Below are positions 1 through 7,273 of a stretch of 29,071 nucleotides of DNA, one piece after another (the first letter of the stretch is position 1; the number at the start of each line of letters is the position of its first letter). The DNA lies in contig CAZRGD010000001.1 in NCBI GenBank assembly GCA_964599505.1, forward strand, positions 1 through 29,071. Direction: 5' to 3'. Made by a program: the position numbers and the translations under genes. The DNA is from an uncultured Nitrospirota bacterium (GTDB taxonomy: Bacteria; CG2-30-53-67; CG2-30-70-394). Under the pieces are notes generated by a model. It did not search any database. It was not told the DNA's origin and was given only the letters and a program-made list of their open reading frames with translations.

Positions 1-412
1 TCCCCAGCAGCAGCGGTGCCACGCCGCGGGTCATCCCCCGGCAGTTGACCACCAGGATGACCGGCGCGGCGACGGCGCGGGCCAGGGCCGCGGTGGAGTC
101 GCTGCCGTCGATGTCGACGCCGTCGTGGAGGCCGATATTGCCCTCGATGATCGCCAGCTCGGCCCCGGCGGCGGCCGCGGCGAGGGCGGGGAGGATGCCG
201 TCGTCGCCGTGGAAGAAGAAGTCGAGGGTCGCACACGGTCGCCCCGCGGCGAGGGTGAGCCACATGGGGTCGATGAAGTCCGGCCCCTTCTTGTACGGCT
301 GTACGGCCGCGCCGGCCTCGGCGAAGGCGGCGGCCAGGGCGATGGAGAGGGTGGTCTTGCCGGAGGAGCGGTGGGCGCCGGCGACCACCAGGCGGTCAAG
401 GGCGAGGCTCAA
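1..412 (-). CDS. dsrN: Cobyrinate a,c-diamide synthase family protein (DsrN/CobB, siroheme amidase); partial, runs off the left edge
   Basis: Not in the ORF track because no stop lies in the window. TTG at 412-410 overlaps the sirC stop (TTGA). Translates MSLALDRLVVAGAHRSSGKTTLSIAL...VQPYKKGPDFIDP...IIEGNIGLHDG...VILVVNCRGMTRGVAPLLLG, with the P-loop GKTT and KxGPDxIDP motifs of CbiA/CobB. The dsrN name is inferred from dsr context. Confidence 0.88.
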   Translation of the reverse strand, partial: MSLALDRLVVAGAHRSSGKTTLSIALAAAFAEAGAAVQPYKKGPDFIDPMWLTLAAGRPCATLDFFFHGDDGILPALAAAAAGAELAIIEGNIGLHDGVDIDGSDSTAALARAVAAPVILVVNCRGMTRGVAPLLLG

Positions 413-1059
413 GGTACGGCCCCGGCGGCGTCCTCGATCGCCCGTTCCACGAGTCGCCGCGCCTCCTCCATGCGACCGGCGGCCACCAGGTCGGGGAGCG
501 GGCCGTCGAGGAGGGTGGTGAAGAGGCGGTGGCGGTCTCTCTGGGTGGCGAGACGCGCCTTCGCCTCGTCGCGGAAGCTCCCCAGCAACGAAGCAAGCTC
601 CCCGACCCGTGGCGGCAGGGCGTCGCCGAGGATGAGGCGCAGGCGGCCGGCGAGGGCCGGGCTGGTGCCATCGGTGGAGATGGCCACCAGGATCGGATCT
701 TCGCGCACCACCGACGGGACGTAGAAGGTGCACGCGGGGGGGCGGTCGACCGCGTTGAGGAAGATCCGCCGTCGGTCGCACTCCTCGGCGAGCCACCGGT
801 CCACCGTGTCGACGCCGCTGGCGCCGATGACCAGCCACATGCCGTCGAGGTGGTGCGCGACCACCTCCTCGCGCAATAGCTCGATCTCACCGCGGCGAGC
901 GCGTTCTTTGAGGGTGGCCTCTACCTCGGGGGCGACCACCGTCACCCGTGCACCCGCTTCCAGGAGTGACGCGACCTTGCTCGCCGCGATTGCCCCGGCG
1001 CCGACGACGAGCACGGCACGACCCTGGAGGCGGAGCATGACGGGGTAGAGGCTGGGCAT
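409..1059 (-). CDS. sirC: Precorrin-2 dehydrogenase / sirohydrochlorin ferrochelatase (SirC/Met8/CysG N-terminal module)
   Basis: Rossmann VVGAGAIA, NAVD, and VAISTDGTSPALA motifs of CysG-B/Met8. Confidence 0.9.
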   Translation of the reverse strand: MPSLYPVMLRLQGRAVLVVGAGAIAASKVASLLEAGARVTVVAPEVEATLKERARRGEIELLREEVVAHHLDGMWLVIGASGVDTVDRWLAEECDRRRIFLNAVDRPPACTFYVPSVVREDPILVAISTDGTSPALAGRLRLILGDALPPRVGELASLLGSFRDEAKARLATQRDRHRLFTTLLDGPLPDLVAAGRMEEARRLVERAIEDAAGAVP

Positions 1060-1074
1060 GAGTCCGACAGGCTC

Positions 1075-2031
1075 CTAACCCCCGGCGATGGTGAGGGGGA
1101 GGGGGGAGGGTGTGTAGAGGGCGGCCTGGTGGGTGCCACGGCGGTGGAGCTCCGCCAGCAGGTCGCGGTAGAGGCCCGGCTTGTCGTGGCACCACGCCTC
1201 GGAGAGGAGCAGGTTGGGCGGAGCATCACCGACCAGCCTCTGGAGCGCCACCGTCGGCGGGGTCCGTTCAAGGAAGTCCGCCACCCACGAGATGTAGATG
1301 GCGCGGTCGGGTAGGTGGATGCGCCCGGCTCGGTACGGCTCCGCGAGGTCGGTACCGTGGACGATGTGGAGGTTGTGCAGCTTCAGGCTGGTGTAGGGAA
1401 AGTGGGCGAGGGCCTCCGCAGTCTCCCGGATCTCCCGCCGCCCCTCCCCCGGAAGGCCGAGGATCGCGTGCAGGCAGAGGTCGAATCGTCGCCCCGCGGC
1501 GAGCTCCAGCGCCGCCCGGCTCTCGGCCCATGTGTGGCCACGGCGCACCCGGCGCAGGGAGGCGTCGTGAACCGTCTGGACGCCGAGCTCCAGGGTGACG
1601 TGGGTCTCGGCGGCGAGGGCGTCGAGGAGCGCCACGACCCCCTCGTCGATGCAGTCGGGGCGCGTGCCCACGGCGATCCCCACCACGTCCGGCTCTCCCT
1701 GGAAGAGTCGGTAGAGGCGGTCGAGCTCGGGGAGAGGGGCGTAGGTGTTGGAGAACGCCTGAAAATAGAGGATGTAACGGCTCTCGCCGTACCGTCGAGA
1801 GAGGTAACGGCGCCCCGCCTCGATCTGCGTCGCCAGGTCGCGGCGGTTGCCGCGCGAGCCGGCGGAGAAGGCGGCGTTGTTGCAGAAGGCACACCCCCCG
1901 GTACCCTTGTTGCCGTCGAGATTCGGACAGGTGAAACCGGCGTCGACGCACAGCTTACGCACCGGTCCGCCGAACCGGTCGCGGAGGTATCGGGAGTAGG
2001 GGCGGAAGGGGAGGGCGCGGCCGCTGAGCAT
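1075..2031 (-). CDS. YhcC/YtqA-like (TIGR01212-type) radical SAM protein
   Basis: GFTCPNLDGNKGTGGCAFC (C-x11-C-x2-C), YFQAFSNTY, GTRPDC, LELGVQT, LKLHNLHIV. Start placed at ATG 2031 because the track's ATG 2064 sits inside the putative rrf2 promoter. Confidence 0.88.
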   Translation of the reverse strand: MLSGRALPFRPYSRYLRDRFGGPVRKLCVDAGFTCPNLDGNKGTGGCAFCNNAAFSAGSRGNRRDLATQIEAGRRYLSRRYGESRYILYFQAFSNTYAPLPELDRLYRLFQGEPDVVGIAVGTRPDCIDEGVVALLDALAAETHVTLELGVQTVHDASLRRVRRGHTWAESRAALELAAGRRFDLCLHAILGLPGEGRREIRETAEALAHFPYTSLKLHNLHIVHGTDLAEPYRAGRIHLPDRAIYISWVADFLERTPPTVALQRLVGDAPPNLLLSEAWCHDKPGLYRDLLAELHRRGTHQAALYTPSPLPLTIAGG

Positions 2032-2054
2032 GACGACGAGGGCACAGGAAAAGC

Positions 2055-2070
2055 TGGCGTGCATCTTGCA
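2055..2070 (+). promoter_or_regulatory. Putative sigma54 -24/-12 promoter of rrf2
   Basis: TGGCGT-GCATC-TTGCA (GG-N10-GC) about 45 nt upstream of the rrf2 ATG; consensus TGGCAC-N5-TTGC. Confidence 0.6.
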
Positions 2071-2114
2071 TCACCCCCACAATGTGTGCGACCCCCTAAT
2101 CCCTAGGAATCCCA

Positions 2115-2585
2115 ATGCAGTTTACCCGAGCCACTGAATACGCCGCCCTTGGGGTGCTTCACCTGTCGACCCTAGAACCGGGGGTGGTGGTGAGTACCGA
2201 GGAGATCGCGCGGCGACGCAAGGTGCCGGCAAAGTTCCTCGCCGGGGTGACCCGCGACCTCGTGCGCGCCGGCATCGTCAACGCCCACCGGGGCCGCAAC
2301 GGCGGGGTCTCCCTGGCCTTGCCGCCCGTGGAGATCACCCTGCGCGACGTCTACGAGGCGGTGGAGGGGAAGATGCACGTGGCCGACTGCATGCGTCCCC
2401 AGTCCCGCTGTGTCAGGCTCGGCGAGTGTGCTCTCACCGACGTGTGGCGCCGACTCCAGGACCGCCTCCTGGAGGAGCTGGCGGGGGTGACTTTTGAGAG
2501 CCTGGCGGCCACCGAGAGGGTGAGGTGCGATGGCCGGTGTGAGCAGGCCGTGGATGGGGATGAATCGGGACAGGATGCCCCATAA
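2115..2585 (+). CDS. Rrf2-family transcriptional regulator with Fe-S-type Cys cluster
   Basis: FTRATEYA, RGRNGGVSLA wing, ITLRDVYEAVEG; Cys92/Cys99/Cys105 plus C-terminal C138-x3-C142. Confidence 0.92.
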   Translation: MQFTRATEYAALGVLHLSTLEPGVVVSTEEIARRRKVPAKFLAGVTRDLVRAGIVNAHRGRNGGVSLALPPVEITLRDVYEAVEGKMHVADCMRPQSRCVRLGECALTDVWRRLQDRLLEELAGVTFESLAATERVRCDGRCEQAVDGDESGQDAP

Positions 2586-2742
2586 GAGAGATGGTGATAG
2601 TGGAACTTTACCCCGTTTTGCCGCCGTGTCGGTGTGGCTCTGGCGCACCTCCGGAAGGCGGCGTGAACAGACAGAAGGGGCTTGCCAATTCGCCTCATTT
2701 GCGGCATCCTCCCGCGCCGATGTCACGAGGCTGTGCGAGAGC

Positions 2743-2758
2743 TGGCGTGTGTGTCGCC
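2743..2758 (+). promoter_or_regulatory. Possible sigma54-like motif upstream of dsrE
   Basis: TGGCGT-GTGTG-TCGCC (GG-N10-GC), preceded by AGC as at 2052 and 3961; -12 element deviates (TCGC). Confidence 0.35.
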
Positions 2759-2833
2759 GTGGCGTTTTGAAGTGGTCCAAAATTGAGTCCTAACGCAGTT
2801 TCGGTACGCAATCGTATGTGGAAGGGATAAGCG

Positions 2834-3193
2834 ATGACGTTTGGTATTCTAATCCTTGAGGGTCCCTACAATCACCAGGCGTCGGACAGCGCGTATAACT
2901 TTACGAAGGCTGCGGTCGAAGCCGGTCATGGAATTCAGGGAATCTTCTTCTATCACGACGGCGTCTATAACGTGGCGAAGCTGATGGAGCCACCCCAGGA
3001 TGACCGTAACATTGCCACCCGGTGGGCGGAGCTCGCCGAGAAGCACGATCTCGACCTCATCGTGTGTATCGCGGCGGGAAAACGTCGTGGCATCACGCCC
3101 GACGTGATTATCCCCCACGTTCGTATCGACGGTCTGGGGCAGTTGAGCGAAATTTGCGTCGAGGCCGACCGTATGGTCACCTTTGGAGATTGA
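2834..3193 (+). CDS. dsrE: Sulfurtransferase complex subunit DsrE
   Basis: FFYHDGVYN and LIVCIAAGKRRGI (active-site Cys); first gene of the EFH triplet. Confidence 0.95.
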   Translation: MTFGILILEGPYNHQASDSAYNFTKAAVEAGHGIQGIFFYHDGVYNVAKLMEPPQDDRNIATRWAELAEKHDLDLIVCIAAGKRRGITPDVIIPHVRIDGLGQLSEICVEADRMVTFGD

Positions 3194-3197
3194 TTCA

Positions 3198-3569
3198 ATG
3201 GCGAGAGATCGACTGACCAAAGTAATGTTTATCTGCCGCCAGGCACCTTATGGCTCGGTTTACGCCTATGAGGGGCTTGAGGTGATGCTGATTTTTGCTG
3301 CCTACGAGCAAGAATATGCGGCGGCCTTTGTCGACGACGGCGTACTCGACCTGAAGAAGGGCAAGGACTCGGCCGGAATCGGGATGAAGGAGTTTTCCAC
3401 CACCTACCGGGTGATGGAGGATTATGGAATCGAGAAGGTCTACGTGGATGGCCAGTCCATGAAAGATCGTGGTCTGACCCCAGACGACCTGATGATCCCT
3501 GTAGAGGTTGTGGACCGTGACGCCATCGCCAAGGTGATGGCGGAGCAGGATGTTATCCTGCCGTTCTGA
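3198..3569 (+). CDS. dsrF: Sulfurtransferase complex subunit DsrF
   Basis: RQAPYGSVYAYEGLE, FVDDGV, GIGMKEFS; ATG at 3198 just after the dsrE stop. Confidence 0.93.
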   Translation: MARDRLTKVMFICRQAPYGSVYAYEGLEVMLIFAAYEQEYAAAFVDDGVLDLKKGKDSAGIGMKEFSTTYRVMEDYGIEKVYVDGQSMKDRGLTPDDLMIPVEVVDRDAIAKVMAEQDVILPF

Positions 3570-3599
3570 TTGAAAAGGTCAATTTTAGGAGGCTGAACC

Positions 3600-3893
3600 T
3601 TGCTTCACACCGTCAATAAATCGCCGTTTGATCGTAGCGCCTTCGCAAGCTGCCTCTCGACCGCGCAACCTGATGACTATATCCTGTTATTCGAGGATGG
3701 CGTAATCGCGGCCAAGGCCGGTACCAAGTTCGAGCCGATGGTGAAAGAGGCCCTCGGTAAGAAAAAGGTCTATGCTCTTGGCCCGGATCTGCAGGCGCGC
3801 GGCATCGACGACGTCGTCGATGGTGTGGAGATCTGTGGTTACGCCGAGTTCGTTTCTCTGGCGGTCGATCACGTGATGTACGCATGGCTGTAA
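3600..3893 (+). CDS. dsrH: Sulfurtransferase complex subunit DsrH
   Basis: MLHTVNKSPF...SCL (conserved Cys), EDGV, DLQARG; TTG start after AGGAGG. Confidence 0.93.
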   Translation: MLHTVNKSPFDRSAFASCLSTAQPDDYILLFEDGVIAAKAGTKFEPMVKEALGKKKVYALGPDLQARGIDDVVDGVEICGYAEFVSLAVDHVMYAWL

Positions 3894-3963
3894 GTTAGGT
3901 ATTTTCGGATTCAAGGCGCGAGGATCGTGGACAGGCACTTCATGAATCGTAATTTGTAGTAGC

Positions 3964-3979
3964 TGGCTCTAAGTTCGCA
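3964..3979 (+). promoter_or_regulatory. Possible sigma54-like motif upstream of dsrJ
   Basis: TGGCTC-TAAGT-TCGCA (GG-N10-GC) about 30 nt upstream of the dsrJ start, in an AT-rich spacer. Confidence 0.4.
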
Positions 3980-4010
3980 TTGTTGTTCGAAAACCTACGG
4001 GAGGCGCCAG

Positions 4011-4409
4011 GTGAACAGGACACCGTGGATTCTTAGCTCCGTCGCCATCTTCGCACTCGTGTTGCTGGGTCCCTTCGTGATTAATACGGCGACCGGCCAC
4101 CTGTTGAAGGGGGTGAATGGTCCGAACCCTCAGTCTTCCAAGTCTGGAGAAGAGTGTCTGCGGCCTGCTGGAGAGATGCGGGCACACCACATGAACTATC
4201 TCCACTCGGTGATGGACAGTATGAGGCACATGTGGGCATCCGGCATCGACATGGGCGAGGTCTCGATCGAGACGGATTTCAGCTTCGATAAGTGTCAGGA
4301 GTGTCATCCGACTCGCGGTGATTTCTGCGATCGGTGTCACGATTTCGTCGGTGTGGCCCCTAAGTGTTGGAATTGCCACGACTATCCGCAGACCGCCGCG
4401 GACATGTAA
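4011..4409 (+). CDS. dsrJ: DsrJ-type triheme cytochrome c with N-terminal membrane/signal helix
   Basis: Three CxxCH motifs (CQECH, CDRCH, CWNCH), upstream EC...MRAHHM segment typical of DsrJ, hydrophobic N-terminus. Confidence 0.82.
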   Translation: MNRTPWILSSVAIFALVLLGPFVINTATGHLLKGVNGPNPQSSKSGEECLRPAGEMRAHHMNYLHSVMDSMRHMWASGIDMGEVSIETDFSFDKCQECHPTRGDFCDRCHDFVGVAPKCWNCHDYPQTAADM

Positions 4410-4433
4410 GGCGGTACTACATCTGTGCATAAT

Positions 4434-4453
4434 CAGCCACGTGATCGTGGCTG
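4434..4453 (+). other. Perfect 8-bp hairpin 5' of dsrC
   Basis: CAGCCACG-TGAT-CGTGGCTG; CATCTG (4420-4425) / CAGATG (4465-4470) could extend the stem. Confidence 0.55.
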
Positions 4454-4496
4454 CCTCAATAAACCAGATGGTTAACCGTGCCCTAGGAGATTGAAC

Positions 4497-4832
4497 ATGG
4501 CCAGCATCGAAGTGAACGGGAAGCAGCTCGAGGTCGACGAGGAAGGTTACCTTACGAATCTTGAGGACTGGAACATGGACGTCGCGAACTTCCTCGCCGC
4601 GCAGGAGGGCGTCGACATGACCGACAACCACTGGGAGGTCGTGAACTTCCTCCGTGATTACTACGAGGAGTACAAGATTGCACCGATGATCCGTATCCTC
4701 ACCAAGGCGATTGGCAAAAAGCTTGGCGCCAACAAGGGCAATACCAAGTACCTCTACGAGCTCTACCCGGGTGGTCCGGCGAAGCAGGCGTGCAAGATCG
4801 CCGGTCTTCCGAAGCCGACCGGCTGCGTTTGA
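4497..4832 (+). CDS. dsrC: DsrC sulfur carrier (two-Cys type)
   Basis: DEEGYL, HWEVV, YLYELYPGGPAKQACKIAGLPKPTGCV with both Cys (C99 and C110, C-x10-C); AGGAGA RBS before ATG 4497. Confidence 0.96.
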   Translation: MASIEVNGKQLEVDEEGYLTNLEDWNMDVANFLAAQEGVDMTDNHWEVVNFLRDYYEEYKIAPMIRILTKAIGKKLGANKGNTKYLYELYPGGPAKQACKIAGLPKPTGCV

Positions 4833-4874
4833 TTCGGTGTGACACCATGCCTCACCGCATGATTTCTGCGGTGG

Positions 4875-4909
4875 CCTCCCCTTCGGAATTGCCCATTCCG
4901 AAGGGGAGG
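4875..4909 (+). terminator. Perfect 15-bp stem-loop between dsrC and dsrM (terminator or mRNA-stabilising element)
   Basis: CCTCCCCTTCGGAAT-TGCCC-ATTCCGAAGGGGAGG; no U-tract follows. Confidence 0.6.
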
Positions 4910-5000
4910 GCGAGGGTGTCTACGCTGGGAATACCCCCGCTGGATATGCAGGGTTGGGTAGTCGCGTAGGGCCCCACGGATACTCGCCAGAGAGGCCGAG

Positions 5001-5738
5001 ATGACGACATTGTCGTTGGTCTACATCACCCTCTACTACATCGCGTTTGCGATCTTTTTGGGTGGTTTTCTGTTCAAGATTTGGCGCTTCGCCAAGACCC
5101 CGGCGCCGCTGGTGGTTGTGGGTACGCCGGCGGCAAAGAGCGGGGCCGGCACGGTGGCGCGCGTCGCCTCGGATGCACTCCTTTTCCGGAGTCTCTTCCG
5201 GGGGAATAAGTGGATCTGGGTAGGGGCATACTGCTTCCACTTCGGGCTCCTTTTCCTGATCTTCCGGCATTTCCGATACTTCATCTGGCCCCTGCCCGCG
5301 TGGTACAGCCAGGTGGAGCAACTGGTGGGTGTGACCGGTGGGGTGATGGTGGTGATCGGTATCCTCTGGCTTCTCGGCCGGCGGTTCTTTCACGCCCGGA
5401 CTCGATATATTTCTGCCTTCTCCGACTATTTTGTCCTCTTCCTGTTGCTTGCGATCGCCTCGACCGGCTTGTTGATCAAGTTCCGTGTCCGGACCGACAT
5501 CATCGCGGTGAAGACCTTCATGCTGGGGCTCGCGAGGCTGCACCCACAGCCGGTGCCGGCCGATCCATGGTTCTTGCTGCACTTCTCGCTGGTGCTCGCC
5601 TTGCTGGTCTATTTCCCGTTCAGCAAGCTGATGCACGCCGGCGGGATCTTCTTCAGCCCGTCGCGGAACCAGATCGATTGGACCCGCAGTACCGAACGGC
5701 GGCACGTCTCTCCCTTCGAGAACACGAAGTCTGCGTAG
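5001..5738 (+). CDS. dsrM: DsrM membrane cytochrome b (NarI-like)
   Basis: Multiple TM helices, FHFGL...RHFRYF, HFSL...FPFSKLMHAGGIFFSP. Confidence 0.93.
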   Translation: MTTLSLVYITLYYIAFAIFLGGFLFKIWRFAKTPAPLVVVGTPAAKSGAGTVARVASDALLFRSLFRGNKWIWVGAYCFHFGLLFLIFRHFRYFIWPLPAWYSQVEQLVGVTGGVMVVIGILWLLGRRFFHARTRYISAFSDYFVLFLLLAIASTGLLIKFRVRTDIIAVKTFMLGLARLHPQPVPADPWFLLHFSLVLALLVYFPFSKLMHAGGIFFSPSRNQIDWTRSTERRHVSPFENTKSA

Positions 5739-5747
5739 GAGCGCCCG

Positions 5748-7247
5748 GTGGCTGACATCGTTACCCCCAAGCTCGATGGCAAGATTCGCATCCCTCTGAT
5801 GGAAGAGGGGGCTACTGCCCACTATCATATTCTGGAATCTTCGCCAGAGATCAACGAGGCGGTCGGTTATCCGACGGAGTTGGTGGATAACTGGCAAGAG
5901 AAGGCGATCGAGAAGTTCCGTGAGGTACTCGACACCAATAAATCGCTTCGCGTCTTCATGGATATCTGCGTGAAGTGCGGCTCTTGTACCGACAAGTGCC
6001 ACTACTTCATTGGCACCCACGATTCGCGCAATATGCCGGTGGCGCGCCAGGAGCTGATGCGCAAGGTGTACCGGCGCTACTTCACCCTCGGGGGCAAGCT
6101 CTTTCCGAAGCTGGTGGGGGCGGAGGATTTCACCAAGGAGGTCCTCGACGAGTGGTACACCTACTTCCACCAGTGCAGTCAATGCCGCCGATGTTCCGTC
6201 TTTTGTCCGTACGGCATCGATACGGCCGAGATCTCCATGGCGGCCCGCCTGATCATGAATCACATCGGGCTGGGGTCGAAGTACAGCAACGAGATCATCG
6301 CCAAGGTGTACAGTACGGGTAACAATCTTGGCATCCCGGCACCCGCCCTCGCAGGGACGATGGAGTTTCTTGAGGAGGATGTAAAAGAGGAAACGGGCGT
6401 CGATGTCCGCTATCCGATAGATGAGAAGGGGACTGAAGTTCTTCTCATTGCGCCGTCCGCGGACTTTTTCAGTGCGCCCCACGTCGATTCGTTGATTGGC
6501 TACGGTAAGGTCTTCCACGAGGCGGGGATTAGCTGGACGGTAAGCTCCTATGCCTCGGAGTTTGCCAACTTCGGGATGTTCGTGGGTGATTTCCACGCCA
6601 TGCGGAAAATCGCCCAGCGGGTCAAGGACGTGGCTCGAGAGTTCGGTGTCAAGCGCATCGTCGTCGGGGAGTGTGGCCACGCATGGCGCGTCGGCCACTC
6701 CTTCTGGAACACCCTCGTTGGGCCGTGGGACTTCCTCGACAGCCGCTATGTGGTGCCACAACACATCTGTGAGTTCACCCTCGATCTCATTAAGTCTGGT
6801 GGTTTGAAGCTCGACAAGTCAGCCAACGACGAGCGCATCGTCACCTTCCACGACTCGTGTAACGTCGCCCGTGCCTCCTCCATGGGCGGTTACGAGGGCG
6901 GCCAGTTCGAGGTGCCGCGTGAGCTGATCCGGTATACGTGCAACAACTTCGTGGAGATGGCCGAGGACACAATCAGAGAGAAGACCTACTGCTGCGGTGG
7001 TGGTGGCGGGTTGCTCACGGACGACCTTATGGAGCTTCGGGTCCAGGGGGTGTTACCGCGGGCACAGGCGCTTCATGCGGTGATGGAGAGTCACGGGGTG
7101 AATTACCTGGCCTTGATCTGCGCGATCTGCAAGGCTCAGTTCAACAAGGTCCTCCCGTACTACGATATCCCGATGGAGGTGGTCGGTGGCGTCCACCAAC
7201 TCGTCGGTGACGCCATCGTTCTCGGGGGGGCGAAGCACGAGGTCTAA
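5748..7247 (+). CDS. dsrK: DsrK Fe-S / CCG-domain heterodisulfide-reductase-like subunit
   Basis: CVKCGSCTDKC, CSQCRRCSVFCP, GECGH, FHDSC, YCCGGGGG, ICAIC. Confidence 0.95.
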   Translation: MADIVTPKLDGKIRIPLMEEGATAHYHILESSPEINEAVGYPTELVDNWQEKAIEKFREVLDTNKSLRVFMDICVKCGSCTDKCHYFIGTHDSRNMPVARQELMRKVYRRYFTLGGKLFPKLVGAEDFTKEVLDEWYTYFHQCSQCRRCSVFCPYGIDTAEISMAARLIMNHIGLGSKYSNEIIAKVYSTGNNLGIPAPALAGTMEFLEEDVKEETGVDVRYPIDEKGTEVLLIAPSADFFSAPHVDSLIGYGKVFHEAGISWTVSSYASEFANFGMFVGDFHAMRKIAQRVKDVAREFGVKRIVVGECGHAWRVGHSFWNTLVGPWDFLDSRYVVPQHICEFTLDLIKSGGLKLDKSANDERIVTFHDSCNVARASSMGGYEGGQFEVPRELIRYTCNNFVEMAEDTIREKTYCCGGGGGLLTDDLMELRVQGVLPRAQALHAVMESHGVNYLALICAICKAQFNKVLPYYDIPMEVVGGVHQLVGDAIVLGGAKHEV

Positions 7248-7273
7248 CCCCCCCCTTCGCCTGAGGTGCAGTC

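Noticed and set aside
2530-2793. 87-aa ORF between rrf2 and dsrE
   Set aside because: Overlaps rrf2, lacks a clear RBS or motif, and covers the likely dsrE promoter region.
2834-4832. TusBCD/TusE tRNA-thiolation interpretation of dsrEFH and dsrC
   Set aside because: DsrC has both C-terminal cysteines, DsrH keeps its Cys, and dsrJ/M/K and siroheme genes are adjacent.
4920-6764. Long antisense and shadow ORFs (for example 4920-6764, 14965-16443, 16794-18332, 19336-20724)
   Set aside because: They mirror well-supported genes on the other strand or frame, as expected in high-GC DNA with few stops, and show no family motifs.
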